Below, one piece after another: positions 27,098 to 37,396 of a stretch of 38,815 bases of DNA. The position numbers and the translations under genes were made by a program. This DNA is from a virus (Duplodnaviria; Caudoviricetes). The notes under the pieces were generated by a model, which was given only the letters and a program-made list of their open reading frames with translations, searched no databases and had not been told where the DNA came from. The stretch is from IMG/VR virus record IMGVR_UViG_3300037047_000294, positions 1 to 38,815 of that record. One strand, 5' to 3'. Numbering within the stretch: position 1 is the first letter of the stretch; the number at the start of each line of letters is the position of its first letter.

Positions 27098-27496
27098 ATG
27101 TTGCTTCACGATTTAATCGGCGTGCCGTTTGTTGACGGCGGCCGCGATAGAAAAACCGGCTACGATTGCTGGGGGCTTTCCTGTGAAGTATTTCGCCGTT
27201 ACGGCATCGAGCTGCCGGATTTTAAGGTTGGATGTATGGAGGCGAGCCGTATAGATGCAACCATAGGCCGAAATCGCCGGTTCTGGCGGAAGTGCGACCC
27301 GATTGACCCGCCGGCGCCGTCGCTCGTGGTAATTCGTTTTAACAGCCCTTTATGTTGCAATCACACAGGAGTTTATATAGGCGGCCGCCGTTTTATCCAT
27401 GCGCGCACAAAAATCGGCGTAAATATCGATAGAATTGATTCTGCGGCCTGGCGCAAAATGATAGAAGGTTTTTATGTTCCAATTTTCGAGGATTAA
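27098..27496 (+). CDS. NlpC/P60 tail assembly protein (gpK-like)
   Basis: G.PF.DGGRD..GYDCWGL, HTGVYIG..RFIHA. Confidence 0.88.
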   Translation: MLLHDLIGVPFVDGGRDRKTGYDCWGLSCEVFRRYGIELPDFKVGCMEASRIDATIGRNRRFWRKCDPIDPPAPSLVVIRFNSPLCCNHTGVYIGGRRFIHARTKIGVNIDRIDSAAWRKMIEGFYVPIFED

Positions 27497-27518
27497 GCAC
27501 TAAGGATTAAGGAATACA

Positions 27519-30500
27519 ATGAATGAAATAACAGTGGTCGAAATTAAAAACCCTTTTGATCACAATGACAGGACTATCAGAAAAATTGAATATAATCCCG
27601 AAAAAATGCTTGCCGCATACGTTCAGGAAGCCGCCGGCGAAAACGAAAAAGAAGTCGTGGTAAGCGTTAACGGTCATGTAGTGGAACGCGCTTTATGGCC
27701 GGAAACCGCTCTGGTAAAAGGGTCTTATATGTCGCTTTGCCCGGCTATTAGAGGCGGCGAGGGCGGCGGAAAAAACACGCTGGCGCTGATTGCGGGCATT
27801 GCATTATCGGTAGTATCTATGGGCGTCGGCTCGATGCTTTCCGGCGGCACTTTCATGGGATTAAACGCGGTTGCTATGGGTTCGTGGAGTTTCGCCGGTT
27901 ATCTGGCGGCGCTGGCCGTTATGTATGTGGGCGGCATGATAATATCGAAGATGACGCCGAAACCGCAGCTCGATATAGCCACGACATCGCCGACATATTC
28001 CTGGAATCCGTCAACGCCGCTTACCGGTCAGGGCCATTCGCTCGGTATTATTTACGGCACGGTTCGGCCTACGCTTACAATCCTTGCGCAGCATGTCACC
28101 ACCGACGGCGAAAAACAATACTTGAATATATTGCTTTGCGCCGGCGAAGGGCCGATCGACAGCATCACCAATATCAAAATTAATGACAACCCTATCGAAA
28201 ATTACGGCATAATTCCTGATATCCGCCTTGGCGCAAATAATCAGACGGTAATCGATAATTTTAACGATACATACGCCGATCAGCCGCTTTCTTATGAACT
28301 TGAACTTGCCGGCGCCTGGATAAAACATCAAACCGACGGCAATGCGGCGGAAGGCCTTGAAATTGAATTTAGTTTTCCGTCGGGGCTTTATCATGTCAAC
28401 GACGACGGCGCGCTTGCCGCGGCGAGCGTAACGCTGGAAGCGCAATATCGAAAAGTAATCGAGGGGCAGGGCGACGAAGATAATTGGATTAATTTCTTCG
28501 CTGGCGGCAAGAAAATTAATTCAATGACGCAAAATGGTCAGCCGTATAATGGAGCTGGCGCAATATATAACGTTAGCGCTACCGCCGCCGCAATCGTCGA
28601 AACGTGGACTATTACGTGTATCGAACAGGCCAATGGCGGCTTTCCGGTTATTACTTACGGCAAGAAATTTTCTGTAACCGGCTCGGTCAGCGGCGCGAAA
28701 GCAAATGCGGTGGCGGGCCAGCGTTATTCGAATGGATTAATCGTTTTCGATATTAATACCTATTACACTTGTGGTGTAGGATTTAGCTTTCAAATCGAAA
28801 TCGCCGAGTATAATTCGGTTATGATCGGCGCCGCAAGTTCTTCTATGGTCAGGCGCACTTATCGCGTCGATCATTTTACGGAACCTGATCAATATGAAAT
28901 TAGAACGCGCTGCACGGCGAAATCGGGCATTACGGCGCGCGATACGACCCGCGTTTATTGGTCGCAGCTTTCGGCGATAATGTATGACGATTTTGTCCGG
29001 CCTGGAAAAGTTTTAATTGGCATTCGGGCGCTTGCCACGGGGCAGCTTTCGGGTTCGATACCTAATATCACCTGCGTCGCGACGCGCTCCACTGTGTATG
29101 TGCATAATCCGGTAACTAATACATATCAAGCGAAGCCCGCGAATAATCCGGCGTGGGCGTCCTATGACCTCATACACCGCGCGAAATTGATTTATAATTT
29201 TGAAACTCAGATGGACGATATTATCGTTTTCGGCGCGCCGAAAGAAAAAATGATCTATCAAGATTTTGTCGATTGGGCGGATTTTTGCACTCTAAAAGGG
29301 TTGCAGGTAAATTATTTTTTGGATAAAGCGGACGATCTATGGACGGCGCTGCGCGAGATTGAAAACTGCGGCCGTGGAAAAGTGATTTTGAAGGGTACCA
29401 GGTACAGCGCGATATGCGACAAGCCGGGAACGCCGGTTATGATGTTTACTGTTGGTAATATCATCAAAGACACCTTTAAAGAAGAATTTTTGCCCATGAA
29501 AGACCGGGCGAACGCAATTGAAATCACCTTTAATAATGCCGCTAAAAATTATGAACGCGATATATTAACCGTCTATAGCGACGATTGGGAATCTTCTGAC
29601 CGTATAAAGCATCCGACGCAAATATCGTTGAACGGTATAATAAGCCATGAACAGGCATTTAAAGAAGCGCGTTACCGCCTGCGCATTAACAAATATTGGA
29701 AGCGCAGCGTATCTTTCGAAGCGGATGTTGACGCGATCTCCTGCCAGGTCGGCGACGTTATTCTCGTACAGCACGATGTGCCGCAGTGGGGATTCGGCGG
29801 CCGTATTATGACGGTGGTCAACAGTACGACGCTTAAACTCGATGCGACGGTTACGCTTGAAGCGAATGAAACGTATTCGATTTATGTTCGTCATGGCGAA
29901 ACCGACGTCATTATGGAAAAAACTATAGCGGCCGCGGCCCAGGAGCGCGTTACCGATACAATAACGGTCACGACGGCTTTCTCGCCTCTGCCGCTACAGC
30001 ATGATGTTTACTCGCTCGGTAAATTAAATCTGGCGGCAAAACCTTTCAGGGTGATCAACATCGGCCGCGCCGGCGACCAGACGCGCCGCATAAATGCGCT
30101 CGAATATGTCGAGGCGGTTTATGACGAAAGCGGCACAGCGCCTGTAATCAATTATAGCGCGCTCACTCCCTATGCTGACGTATCCAACATGAAACTCGGT
30201 CAGGAAACCTACGCACAGCGCGACGGCAGTATTATATCGGTGATGTACGTCTCGTGGAGCGTTCCGCGCGGCCGGCGCATGACGGAATATCATGTTTTTT
30301 ATAGCCGCGATAATGGCGCGAATTGGGCGAAATGGGGAATTACGGAGCAGTCGTCCATAACTATATCCGGCGTGAAACCTCTTGAAACGTATGTCGTGAA
30401 AATATGTACGGTGAATGAAATAGGCATATTGTCGCCAGGCGTGATCTCGCAGCCGTGTTATATCACGGGTAAAAACCTGCCGCCGGATGATGTTACGAGC

Positions 30501-32963
30501 CTCACGGCGACGCAGGACCCGAACAATAAAACGCTCATCACGCTGGCATGGCCGACGGTTGGCAATATCGACCTGAAAGGCTATCTGATAAAAGAAAGTG
30601 ATGTAAATATATCAAACTATTTAACCGAAACAAAATTTACTTTTACGGCATCAGCTACGCGCACATATAATTTCAAGGTTTTTGCGGTTGACACCTCGAA
30701 CAATCTTTCCGTAACGCCGGCGACCGCGAGCGTCAATGTGACGGTCGAGCCGTCGAATGTGAGCGGCTTCACTGCCGTGGCTGACCCTTACGACCGGACA
30801 AAAGTTTTGCTTTCATGGAGCGCGCTTGCAGAAGTTGACCTGGCATTTTACGAAGTGCGTCGCGGCGATTCATGGCTGGAAAGTTCAATCATACAGCACA
30901 CGAAGGCTACATCGTTCGTCTATACGCTGCCTGTAGGCGGTCATCACAGGTTCTGGATCAAGGCTGTAACGCTTGCTGGTTATTATTCGATTACGGCGGC
31001 GGGCGCTGACGGGCAATATAATTTTGAAAGCGCGGCGCCGGCGAATGCGACTATAACTCAAGACCAGAATGATCGTACGCGTCTCGGCGTGTCCTGGTCG
31101 CTTGTTGCAGATCCTGATGTGAGCGGTTATGAAGTGCGCCTCGGTTATGACTGGACGACGGGCGCGCTTATTGGCATCGTAAAAGAGGCAAGTATCACGC
31201 ATGTAATATCGGCCAGCGGCACTTATAATTTTATGATTCGCGCAAAAAACGTCGCCGGGTATTATTCGGCGATAGTAAATGTCAGCGGCGCTTTTTCGGT
31301 TGAGGTTTCGAACGTGAACGGCTTCATCGGCACTCGCGCGGCTAATGATAAAAGTAAAATACGGCTCACGTGGAATGCCGTTCCGGAGCGCGATGTCGAT
31401 CACTATGAAATCCGCGAAGGCGATACATGGGACACTGGCACGCTAATTTTCGGCAATGTAGCCGGCACGTTTTATGACGCAACGACTACAGTTGAAAAAA
31501 CATATAAATACTGGATTAAGGCAGTTTCAAAAGCCGGAAAACAGAGCGCCAGTCCTACGCTTTTTCAAATTCTCATTTCAATGAATCCGACGGCGCCGGC
31601 GAACTTTACGGTAACAACTGACCCGACGGATAGAACAAAGGCCGTTTTATCGTGGACAAAAAGCCCTGACCTGGACGTCATCGAGTATGAGGCGCGAAAC
31701 GGCATCGACTGGGACAGCGGCACGTTGCTTATCAAAACTAAAGAAACGCGGTTTACCTGGACTATTCCGGGCTCTGAGAGATACGCGATAAGATTGAAGG
31801 CGCGAAATGCTTCCGGATTCGAAAGCGACGAAGTGCTTGTATTTTTCGACTCTTATATCGAGCCGTCAAACGTAATCGGATTTCAGGCGCTGCAAAATGG
31901 CGAAAATGTTCTGCTGCTCTGGAATAAAATCGAAGATGTTGACGTTACGGGCTTTGAAGTCCGCGAAGGCCTCGGATGGGAAACTGCTTCGCTACTCGCT
32001 ACCGGTATTACCGGAACTGCGTTTCAGTTTCTGGCCGACCGCGAAGCGACGCGCACGTTCTTGATCAAGGCCGTTAACAGGGCGGGAAAAGTGTCACAAT
32101 ACGCCGCCATTGCAGAAGTGACAATAACGAATTTACCGCCGCGAAATGTTATTGTCGCTTATGACGAAATTGAGATGCGTGATGGAACGAAAAACGGAAC
32201 TGTTTTTGCGCCGTCGCAGTTCAAATTTTCTACTTTTGGCGGGAAGTTCAGCGATCATACGACGACAAAGTATTCCGAAGTCGGCGGCGAGAATGTTTTA
32301 ATACTTGGCGCGCTCCCGGCGATTTTTCAAAATATGCCTGGTTCGTTTGACGATTATCCGACTACAACGTTTCAAGACGATGTGCCGCTGACATTTCAAA
32401 CTCTGCCCGGCTCATTCAGCGATTATCCGACTACAGCTTTTGACGCGCGCGGGCCGTTTATTTCGACGGGCGAATATATTACAACGGTCAAAGACATAGG
32501 AAAAATACTGAACTGCAATATATCAGCGTTATTTACATCGAGTATGGCAAGAACGAGCGGCACGACCGCCAGCCTGTTTTATCGCACCAGCGCGAATAAT
32601 GTAACGTGGACGGATTGGAAACCGTATCTGGCGACGCAGACGATTTTTCGATATGTACAATTCAAGGCGGTTTTAACGACCGCAAATGCTACGAGGACAC
32701 CGGAAGTCAATCAATTCACAATTTACGTTGACGTTCCGGACATAATACGCAACGGTTCGTATAATGTAGCGCCGGGCGGGTCAACTATTGACTATAATGC
32801 TGATTATTATGCAATTCCTTCGGTAGTTCCGACAGCGACGACGCTTGGACATCGCGCGATGCTTGACGGCACGCCTGGACTAACCAATTTTACAGTTAAG
32901 GTTTATAACGCAAATAATAATGATGTCGGCGGTCCTATACTCTGGATTGCCCGAGGATATTAA
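27519..32963 (+). CDS. central tail fibre/tip attachment protein (gpI+gpJ-like) with FN3-like repeats
   Basis: ubiquitin-like N-terminus ending IRGG, GEGPI, NPAW, QVGDVI; repeated L.W...D...YEVR.G..W units. Confidence 0.9.
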   Translation: MNEITVVEIKNPFDHNDRTIRKIEYNPEKMLAAYVQEAAGENEKEVVVSVNGHVVERALWPETALVKGSYMSLCPAIRGGEGGGKNTLALIAGIALSVVSMGVGSMLSGGTFMGLNAVAMGSWSFAGYLAALAVMYVGGMIISKMTPKPQLDIATTSPTYSWNPSTPLTGQGHSLGIIYGTVRPTLTILAQHVTTDGEKQYLNILLCAGEGPIDSITNIKINDNPIENYGIIPDIRLGANNQTVIDNFNDTYADQPLSYELELAGAWIKHQTDGNAAEGLEIEFSFPSGLYHVNDDGALAAASVTLEAQYRKVIEGQGDEDNWINFFAGGKKINSMTQNGQPYNGAGAIYNVSATAAAIVETWTITCIEQANGGFPVITYGKKFSVTGSVSGAKANAVAGQRYSNGLIVFDINTYYTCGVGFSFQIEIAEYNSVMIGAASSSMVRRTYRVDHFTEPDQYEIRTRCTAKSGITARDTTRVYWSQLSAIMYDDFVRPGKVLIGIRALATGQLSGSIPNITCVATRSTVYVHNPVTNTYQAKPANNPAWASYDLIHRAKLIYNFETQMDDIIVFGAPKEKMIYQDFVDWADFCTLKGLQVNYFLDKADDLWTALREIENCGRGKVILKGTRYSAICDKPGTPVMMFTVGNIIKDTFKEEFLPMKDRANAIEITFNNAAKNYERDILTVYSDDWESSDRIKHPTQISLNGIISHEQAFKEARYRLRINKYWKRSVSFEADVDAISCQVGDVILVQHDVPQWGFGGRIMTVVNSTTLKLDATVTLEANETYSIYVRHGETDVIMEKTIAAAAQERVTDTITVTTAFSPLPLQHDVYSLGKLNLAAKPFRVINIGRAGDQTRRINALEYVEAVYDESGTAPVINYSALTPYADVSNMKLGQETYAQRDGSIISVMYVSWSVPRGRRMTEYHVFYSRDNGANWAKWGITEQSSITISGVKPLETYVVKICTVNEIGILSPGVISQPCYITGKNLPPDDVTSLTATQDPNNKTLITLAWPTVGNIDLKGYLIKESDVNISNYLTETKFTFTASATRTYNFKVFAVDTSNNLSVTPATASVNVTVEPSNVSGFTAVADPYDRTKVLLSWSALAEVDLAFYEVRRGDSWLESSIIQHTKATSFVYTLPVGGHHRFWIKAVTLAGYYSITAAGADGQYNFESAAPANATITQDQNDRTRLGVSWSLVADPDVSGYEVRLGYDWTTGALIGIVKEASITHVISASGTYNFMIRAKNVAGYYSAIVNVSGAFSVEVSNVNGFIGTRAANDKSKIRLTWNAVPERDVDHYEIREGDTWDTGTLIFGNVAGTFYDATTTVEKTYKYWIKAVSKAGKQSASPTLFQILISMNPTAPANFTVTTDPTDRTKAVLSWTKSPDLDVIEYEARNGIDWDSGTLLIKTKETRFTWTIPGSERYAIRLKARNASGFESDEVLVFFDSYIEPSNVIGFQALQNGENVLLLWNKIEDVDVTGFEVREGLGWETASLLATGITGTAFQFLADREATRTFLIKAVNRAGKVSQYAAIAEVTITNLPPRNVIVAYDEIEMRDGTKNGTVFAPSQFKFSTFGGKFSDHTTTKYSEVGGENVLILGALPAIFQNMPGSFDDYPTTTFQDDVPLTFQTLPGSFSDYPTTAFDARGPFISTGEYITTVKDIGKILNCNISALFTSSMARTSGTTASLFYRTSANNVTWTDWKPYLATQTIFRYVQFKAVLTTANATRTPEVNQFTIYVDVPDIIRNGSYNVAPGGSTIDYNADYYAIPSVVPTATTLGHRAMLDGTPGLTNFTVKVYNANNNDVGGPILWIARGY

Positions 32964-32977
32964 AAGGGAGGTTTTAT

Positions 32978-33880
32978 ATGGGTTATGACAGCGCAAGACC
33001 TGCCGACGATGATTATATTTCAGTCGGACCGGGAGTAATACGTGAAAATCAAGAAGCCCTGAAAACGGGCGGAATTGTGAATGCCGGCACTTTAAATGGC
33101 AAAAGTGCCGGAAATTCAAGTGGCCAAATACCAATATCAAACGGTGAGCTCTGCGTTAATTTGAACGCAGACAAATTTGACGGCAAAGACGCCGGGGAAT
33201 TTGCCGGGGCGGGGCACAGCCACAATGTAGCCACCACAAACGATGACGGCTTTATGTCGAACACCGATAAGCAGAAATTAAATGGAATAGCGGCCGGCGC
33301 GGAGGTTAATCAGAACGCGTTTTCCGCTATAGCGGTAAGACTCGGAGGTATATTTTATCATTTATTTGCATCTTCTAAAACTGATACGTGGCAATTGCTC
33401 GATGGCGCGAACATAACATTGACGCCCGATACGGTTAATAAAACCGTTACCATTGGGGTTAGCGGCACGGTGCAGAATGCGGCCAATGCAGGTTTTGCAA
33501 ATAACGCCTATGAATGTTATTACTTACACTTGCCCGGTGGCGCTTATTATGGCCCATCAAGTTTCGCGCTGGCAGGGCATACTACACATACTGGCGAGGC
33601 ATTAAGTTTAAATTCGCCAGGATATAAAAAGTTTGCGGACGGTTTAATAATTCAATGGGAAGGGTTTACATTAAACGCAGGAAGCAGCGCAAGTAAGGCC
33701 TGGCCTTTAGCATTTCCAAACCAATGTTTCAGTGTTGCGATTGCCCCGCGTGAAAATGGCGGCTCGAATATAAATGTTTCAGTTGTCGAAGCAATGGGTC
33801 TGCCTGCTCGAATTGGCATAACACTTAAAAATAGCGGTGCAGATAACGCTTTCGCATATATTATAGCTATTGGATATTAA
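32978..33880 (+). CDS. side tail fibre with gp53-like C-terminal domain
   Basis: NLNADKFDG, GFMS..DK.KL.GIA.GAEVNQNAF, GYKKFADGLIIQW...WPLAFPN...IAIGY. Confidence 0.85.
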   Translation: MGYDSARPADDDYISVGPGVIRENQEALKTGGIVNAGTLNGKSAGNSSGQIPISNGELCVNLNADKFDGKDAGEFAGAGHSHNVATTNDDGFMSNTDKQKLNGIAAGAEVNQNAFSAIAVRLGGIFYHLFASSKTDTWQLLDGANITLTPDTVNKTVTIGVSGTVQNAANAGFANNAYECYYLHLPGGAYYGPSSFALAGHTTHTGEALSLNSPGYKKFADGLIIQWEGFTLNAGSSASKAWPLAFPNQCFSVAIAPRENGGSNINVSVVEAMGLPARIGITLKNSGADNAFAYIIAIGY

Positions 33881-33890
33881 GAGGTGAAAA

Positions 33891-34286
33891 ATGCAATACT
33901 ACGCACATTATGATGATAAAACAGGGAAAATAATCGGCTTTTATGCCGATGGAATTCATGGTGAAAACATACCGGACCCTAAAATATCGATAAGTGAAGC
34001 CGAATGGCGAGACGCTGTGGCTAATCAGGACAAACGCAAAGTAAGCCGTGAAACGCTTAAAATTGTCGAAACGCTACCGCCAATGCCGTCGCGTGAAGAA
34101 TGCCTGTCAGGCATCCGCTATCGCAGAAATCAACTTCTATCCGAAACCGACTGGACGCAGTTGGCCGATATCGCCATGACCGACCAGCAGAAGGCGGACT
34201 GGCGTAATTACCGGCAGGCGCTGCGTGATTTTCCGGCCGGCTGCAATCCTTATAGTCCGGAATGGCCGGAGAGACCGACGGTTTAA
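33891..34286 (+). CDS. tail fibre assembly chaperone
   Basis: GFY..GIHG..IP, R.RRNQLLSETDWTQL.D, W..YRQALRD.P, WP..P. Confidence 0.88.
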   Translation: MQYYAHYDDKTGKIIGFYADGIHGENIPDPKISISEAEWRDAVANQDKRKVSRETLKIVETLPPMPSREECLSGIRYRRNQLLSETDWTQLADIAMTDQQKADWRNYRQALRDFPAGCNPYSPEWPERPTV

Positions 34287-34336
34287 ATTTAATTATGGTT
34301 TATGCGGCATTTAAATGTGTTTTAAAAGGAGATAAA

Positions 34337-34735
34337 ATGTTAAAAGCAACAAATAATAAAGGGCATTTTGCTTTTTCAGCCAAAGAAACTATCGTTATTG
34401 TAAGCATAATATATTCAATGATTTTTGCTGTCATTTTCAGCGTTAGCGGCGTTATAGCCATAATACTGAAAACATTATTCTTTAAACAGCACTCGCTAAC
34501 AAAAATGGTATGGATCATAGCCATCATCATAACGCTTTCTTTGGTGGCTTATGGCTATATAAGTCAATGGTATTGGCAGCATTACGGCTTTTATTATAGC
34601 TATCGTGACAATCCATATATAACTAAGTATGATCCTCAATACGAACTAAAAGAGAATGGTGAAATATATCATTGTGGCAAACCTTTCATCGTCAAAGGCA
34701 AATACTACGGCTGGGAAAGTGTTAAAAGTAAATAA
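34337..34735 (+). CDS. two-TM membrane protein (moron)
   Basis: AGGAG SD; two hydrophobic helices; AT-rich. Confidence 0.7.
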   Translation: MLKATNNKGHFAFSAKETIVIVSIIYSMIFAVIFSVSGVIAIILKTLFFKQHSLTKMVWIIAIIITLSLVAYGYISQWYWQHYGFYYSYRDNPYITKYDPQYELKENGEIYHCGKPFIVKGKYYGWESVKSK

Positions 34736-34750
34736 AGGAGCATGAAATCT

Positions 34751-34900
34751 ATGAATAATAAAGGCCATTATAGATTAAATTTTTCAAATTTTTCGACGTG
34801 GGAATTAATAAAACTTATCACGTCTTTGATAGTCGTGGTGCCATTATTGTTAGTCGAAAAAGCCACTGAAATTTTAAAAAACAAAATGAAAAGGAGGTAA
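34751..34900 (+). CDS. small membrane protein (49 aa, not in ORF track)
   Basis: AGGAG SD; MNNKGHYRLNFSNFSTWELIKLITSLIVVVPLLLV... Confidence 0.6.
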   Translation: MNNKGHYRLNFSNFSTWELIKLITSLIVVVPLLLVEKATEILKNKMKRR

Positions 34901-34904
34901 TACT

Positions 34905-36446
34905 TTGAAAAGACAAGTCATTCAATCGATTTTAATTTTAATTCTTATTTTATGCCCCGTGTTGTCTCATGCCGCTTTCGACGGAACCCGGCCGGCCGAT
35001 TCAGAATTACTTAAGGACGCCCCGGCGCTTATCCGGGCGAATTTCAACGCGCTAAAGGACATGATTGACCAGATATATACCAATTACGGTACCACGGCGT
35101 CAATCGAATTAAAAGCGGACAAATCCTATGTTGACGACAATTTCGCGACGACCGGCCAGGTAGCCTTGAAAGCTAACGCCGCCGAAGTTTATACAAAAGC
35201 AGAAATTGACGCGGATCGGGCCACTACAGCGAGCGTTGCTCTTAAACTGGACGCAAGCGCAATAACCAATTATTATAATAAAACCGAGGCTAATGCGCTT
35301 CTTAACGATAAAGCGGACACAGGTGAGGTCGCGCTAAAAGCAAATGCCGCCGATGTCTATGATAAAACAACGGCAGACCTGCTTCTTGATAATAAAGCCG
35401 ACACGGCCGCGGTGGCTTTAAAGCTCGATGCTTCGGCGATTTCGAATTATTACACTAAACCCGAAGCCGATGAAAATTTCGCAACAACCGAAAGCGTCGC
35501 GCTAAAGGCGAATAGTGCCGAGGTCTATACCACGGAGCAGGTCAACTTAATGCTGGACGACAAGGCCGATACGGCTTCCGTCGCGCTGAAAATAGGCAGA
35601 AGCGACACTTTTACGGCCACGTTGAGCGGCACGGTTCCGTTTCCCGGCGGAACTCCATCGGGCGCAACGGTACTTTGTGATGATGGAATTTGGCGCGGCG
35701 TCGTAAGTGTAGGCGGCGGCGTAACGAATGCCGTCGATCTTAATGTTGACGCGAGCACTTTCAGCCACATAATAAATTCAGCCGCCACAAATGCACAGGC
35801 AGCATTGGCACAAATCGAAGCGAACGCGGCGACGACCGCTGAAGTGGCGGCGAAGGCCAATAGCGCGGATGTTTATACAAAAGAAGAGGCAGATTCAACA
35901 AATGAAGCGTATATCAACAGCAAGGGTTACGCAACCAAAAATGAAATGAATACAGCAATAGGTGTAGCCACTGCCGAAATAAATATCGGTAGTTATTCAG
36001 ACACGGCCGCCATGAATGCAGCGATAGCGGCCGCAACGGCTGAATGTCAGGCTAAAACATGGACACCGCTTACAATGGCCAACGGGGCCTATACCGGTGA
36101 AGTGGCAATTCTTGATATGGCTGCTTCGTGTTCTGTATATGAGGTTTTATATGGAACCTCCAGCGGCATGAATAAGGCTAAAGCCGACGTTTATACAACA
36201 CTTCCGGTTATTGGTATGTGCGTTGAAACCGGCACTGGTAACCGTAAAGTTTTGTTAAGGGGATTCATTCGAAATACTTCATGGAGTTTTACAAAGGGCG
36301 CACGAATATATTGCAGCACGGCAACCGCAGGCGCGATTACGGCAGTAGCACCGAGTGCGGCCGGTTCATTGATACAAATTATAGGTATAGCAACGGCGGC
36401 AGATACTATTTATTTTAATCCCGATTCAACCTGTGTTGAGAATTAA
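34905..36446 (+). CDS. fibre-like repeat protein with Sec-type signal peptide
   Basis: AGGAGG SD plus TTG; signal peptide; fibre N-terminal motif; VALKAN/VALKLD repeats; cement-like C-terminal domain. Confidence 0.8.
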   Translation: MKRQVIQSILILILILCPVLSHAAFDGTRPADSELLKDAPALIRANFNALKDMIDQIYTNYGTTASIELKADKSYVDDNFATTGQVALKANAAEVYTKAEIDADRATTASVALKLDASAITNYYNKTEANALLNDKADTGEVALKANAADVYDKTTADLLLDNKADTAAVALKLDASAISNYYTKPEADENFATTESVALKANSAEVYTTEQVNLMLDDKADTASVALKIGRSDTFTATLSGTVPFPGGTPSGATVLCDDGIWRGVVSVGGGVTNAVDLNVDASTFSHIINSAATNAQAALAQIEANAATTAEVAAKANSADVYTKEEADSTNEAYINSKGYATKNEMNTAIGVATAEINIGSYSDTAAMNAAIAAATAECQAKTWTPLTMANGAYTGEVAILDMAASCSVYEVLYGTSSGMNKAKADVYTTLPVIGMCVETGTGNRKVLLRGFIRNTSWSFTKGARIYCSTATAGAITAVAPSAAGSLIQIIGIATAADTIYFNPDSTCVEN

Positions 36447-36519
36447 ATGAGAATATTATATCGTATAATTAATTTAATAAATGGCAAGCAATAGAAAGCA
36501 AGAAAAGAGGTGATAGTTC

Positions 36520-37380
36520 ATGAAAACTAATGGAATTACAAATCCGCCGCGAATAAATAATTCTGTGGCGAGTAAGGTGAATAATGTTGCGATAAGTAGC
36601 ATAGGCGTGTGGAGCGCTGGTGGGGATTTAGCTGTATTACGCGCACATTGCGGCGGTGCGGGCTCTCAAACAGCGGGTCTTGCTTTCAATGGAGATACAG
36701 GCAGTGGTGCAACTAAAGTAACAGAACACTACAATGGTTCATCATGGAGTGCAGGTGGGGACGCAATAACTTCTCGTTCTAATGGTGGTTCGTGCGGCAC
36801 ACAAAGTGCCGCCCTGTCCATAGGTGGGTACAGCGCAAATACAGAGGAATACGACGGCACATCGTGGAGTGCAGGCGGCAACATAGGCGTGTCAAGAAGC
36901 AATCTTGCAGGTTGCGGTAGCTTGACGGCAGGATTGAATTTCGGCGGTTATGCCAATGACCGAGTTAAAACAACGGAAGAATACGACGGTACATCGTGGA
37001 GTGCGAGTGGTGATTTAGGCACGGCAAGGAATGGCATAGCAGGCATAGGTACTCAGACCGCAGGGCTATGCAGTGGCGGGTATGGCGGAGCTAATGTTAT
37101 AGAGGAATATGACGGAAGTTCATGGAGTAGTGCCAACAGCTCAACTGCCGGAGGTGGTAGCATCGGAGGTTGTGGACTACAAACAGCCGGTTTACTTTTT
37201 GGTGGGGACGGGTCAAACAAAAAAACGGAACAATACGACGGAACTAACTGGGTCACTGGGGGAGATTTAGCAACCGGAAGATATGGCATAGGCGGAGCGG
37301 GTTCGCAATCGGCAGGTTTGGCTTTTGGCGGAAATGACGGCACATATAGATTGGTTAATACAGAAGAATACACAAAATAA
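36520..37380 (+). CDS. six-repeat Kelch-like beta-propeller protein
   Basis: six WS..G.L...R....G.G.QTAGL.FGG....TEEYDG-type repeats. Confidence 0.85.
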   Translation: MKTNGITNPPRINNSVASKVNNVAISSIGVWSAGGDLAVLRAHCGGAGSQTAGLAFNGDTGSGATKVTEHYNGSSWSAGGDAITSRSNGGSCGTQSAALSIGGYSANTEEYDGTSWSAGGNIGVSRSNLAGCGSLTAGLNFGGYANDRVKTTEEYDGTSWSASGDLGTARNGIAGIGTQTAGLCSGGYGGANVIEEYDGSSWSSANSSTAGGGSIGGCGLQTAGLLFGGDGSNKKTEQYDGTNWVTGGDLATGRYGIGGAGSQSAGLAFGGNDGTYRLVNTEEYTK

Positions 37381-37396
37381 ACAGGAGTAACATAAA

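Noticed and set aside
32978-37380. Diversity-generating retroelement or invertible fibre segment
   Set aside because: No reverse transcriptase or invertase, and no adenine-specific repeat pair noticed; Kelch repeats are ordinary internal repeats
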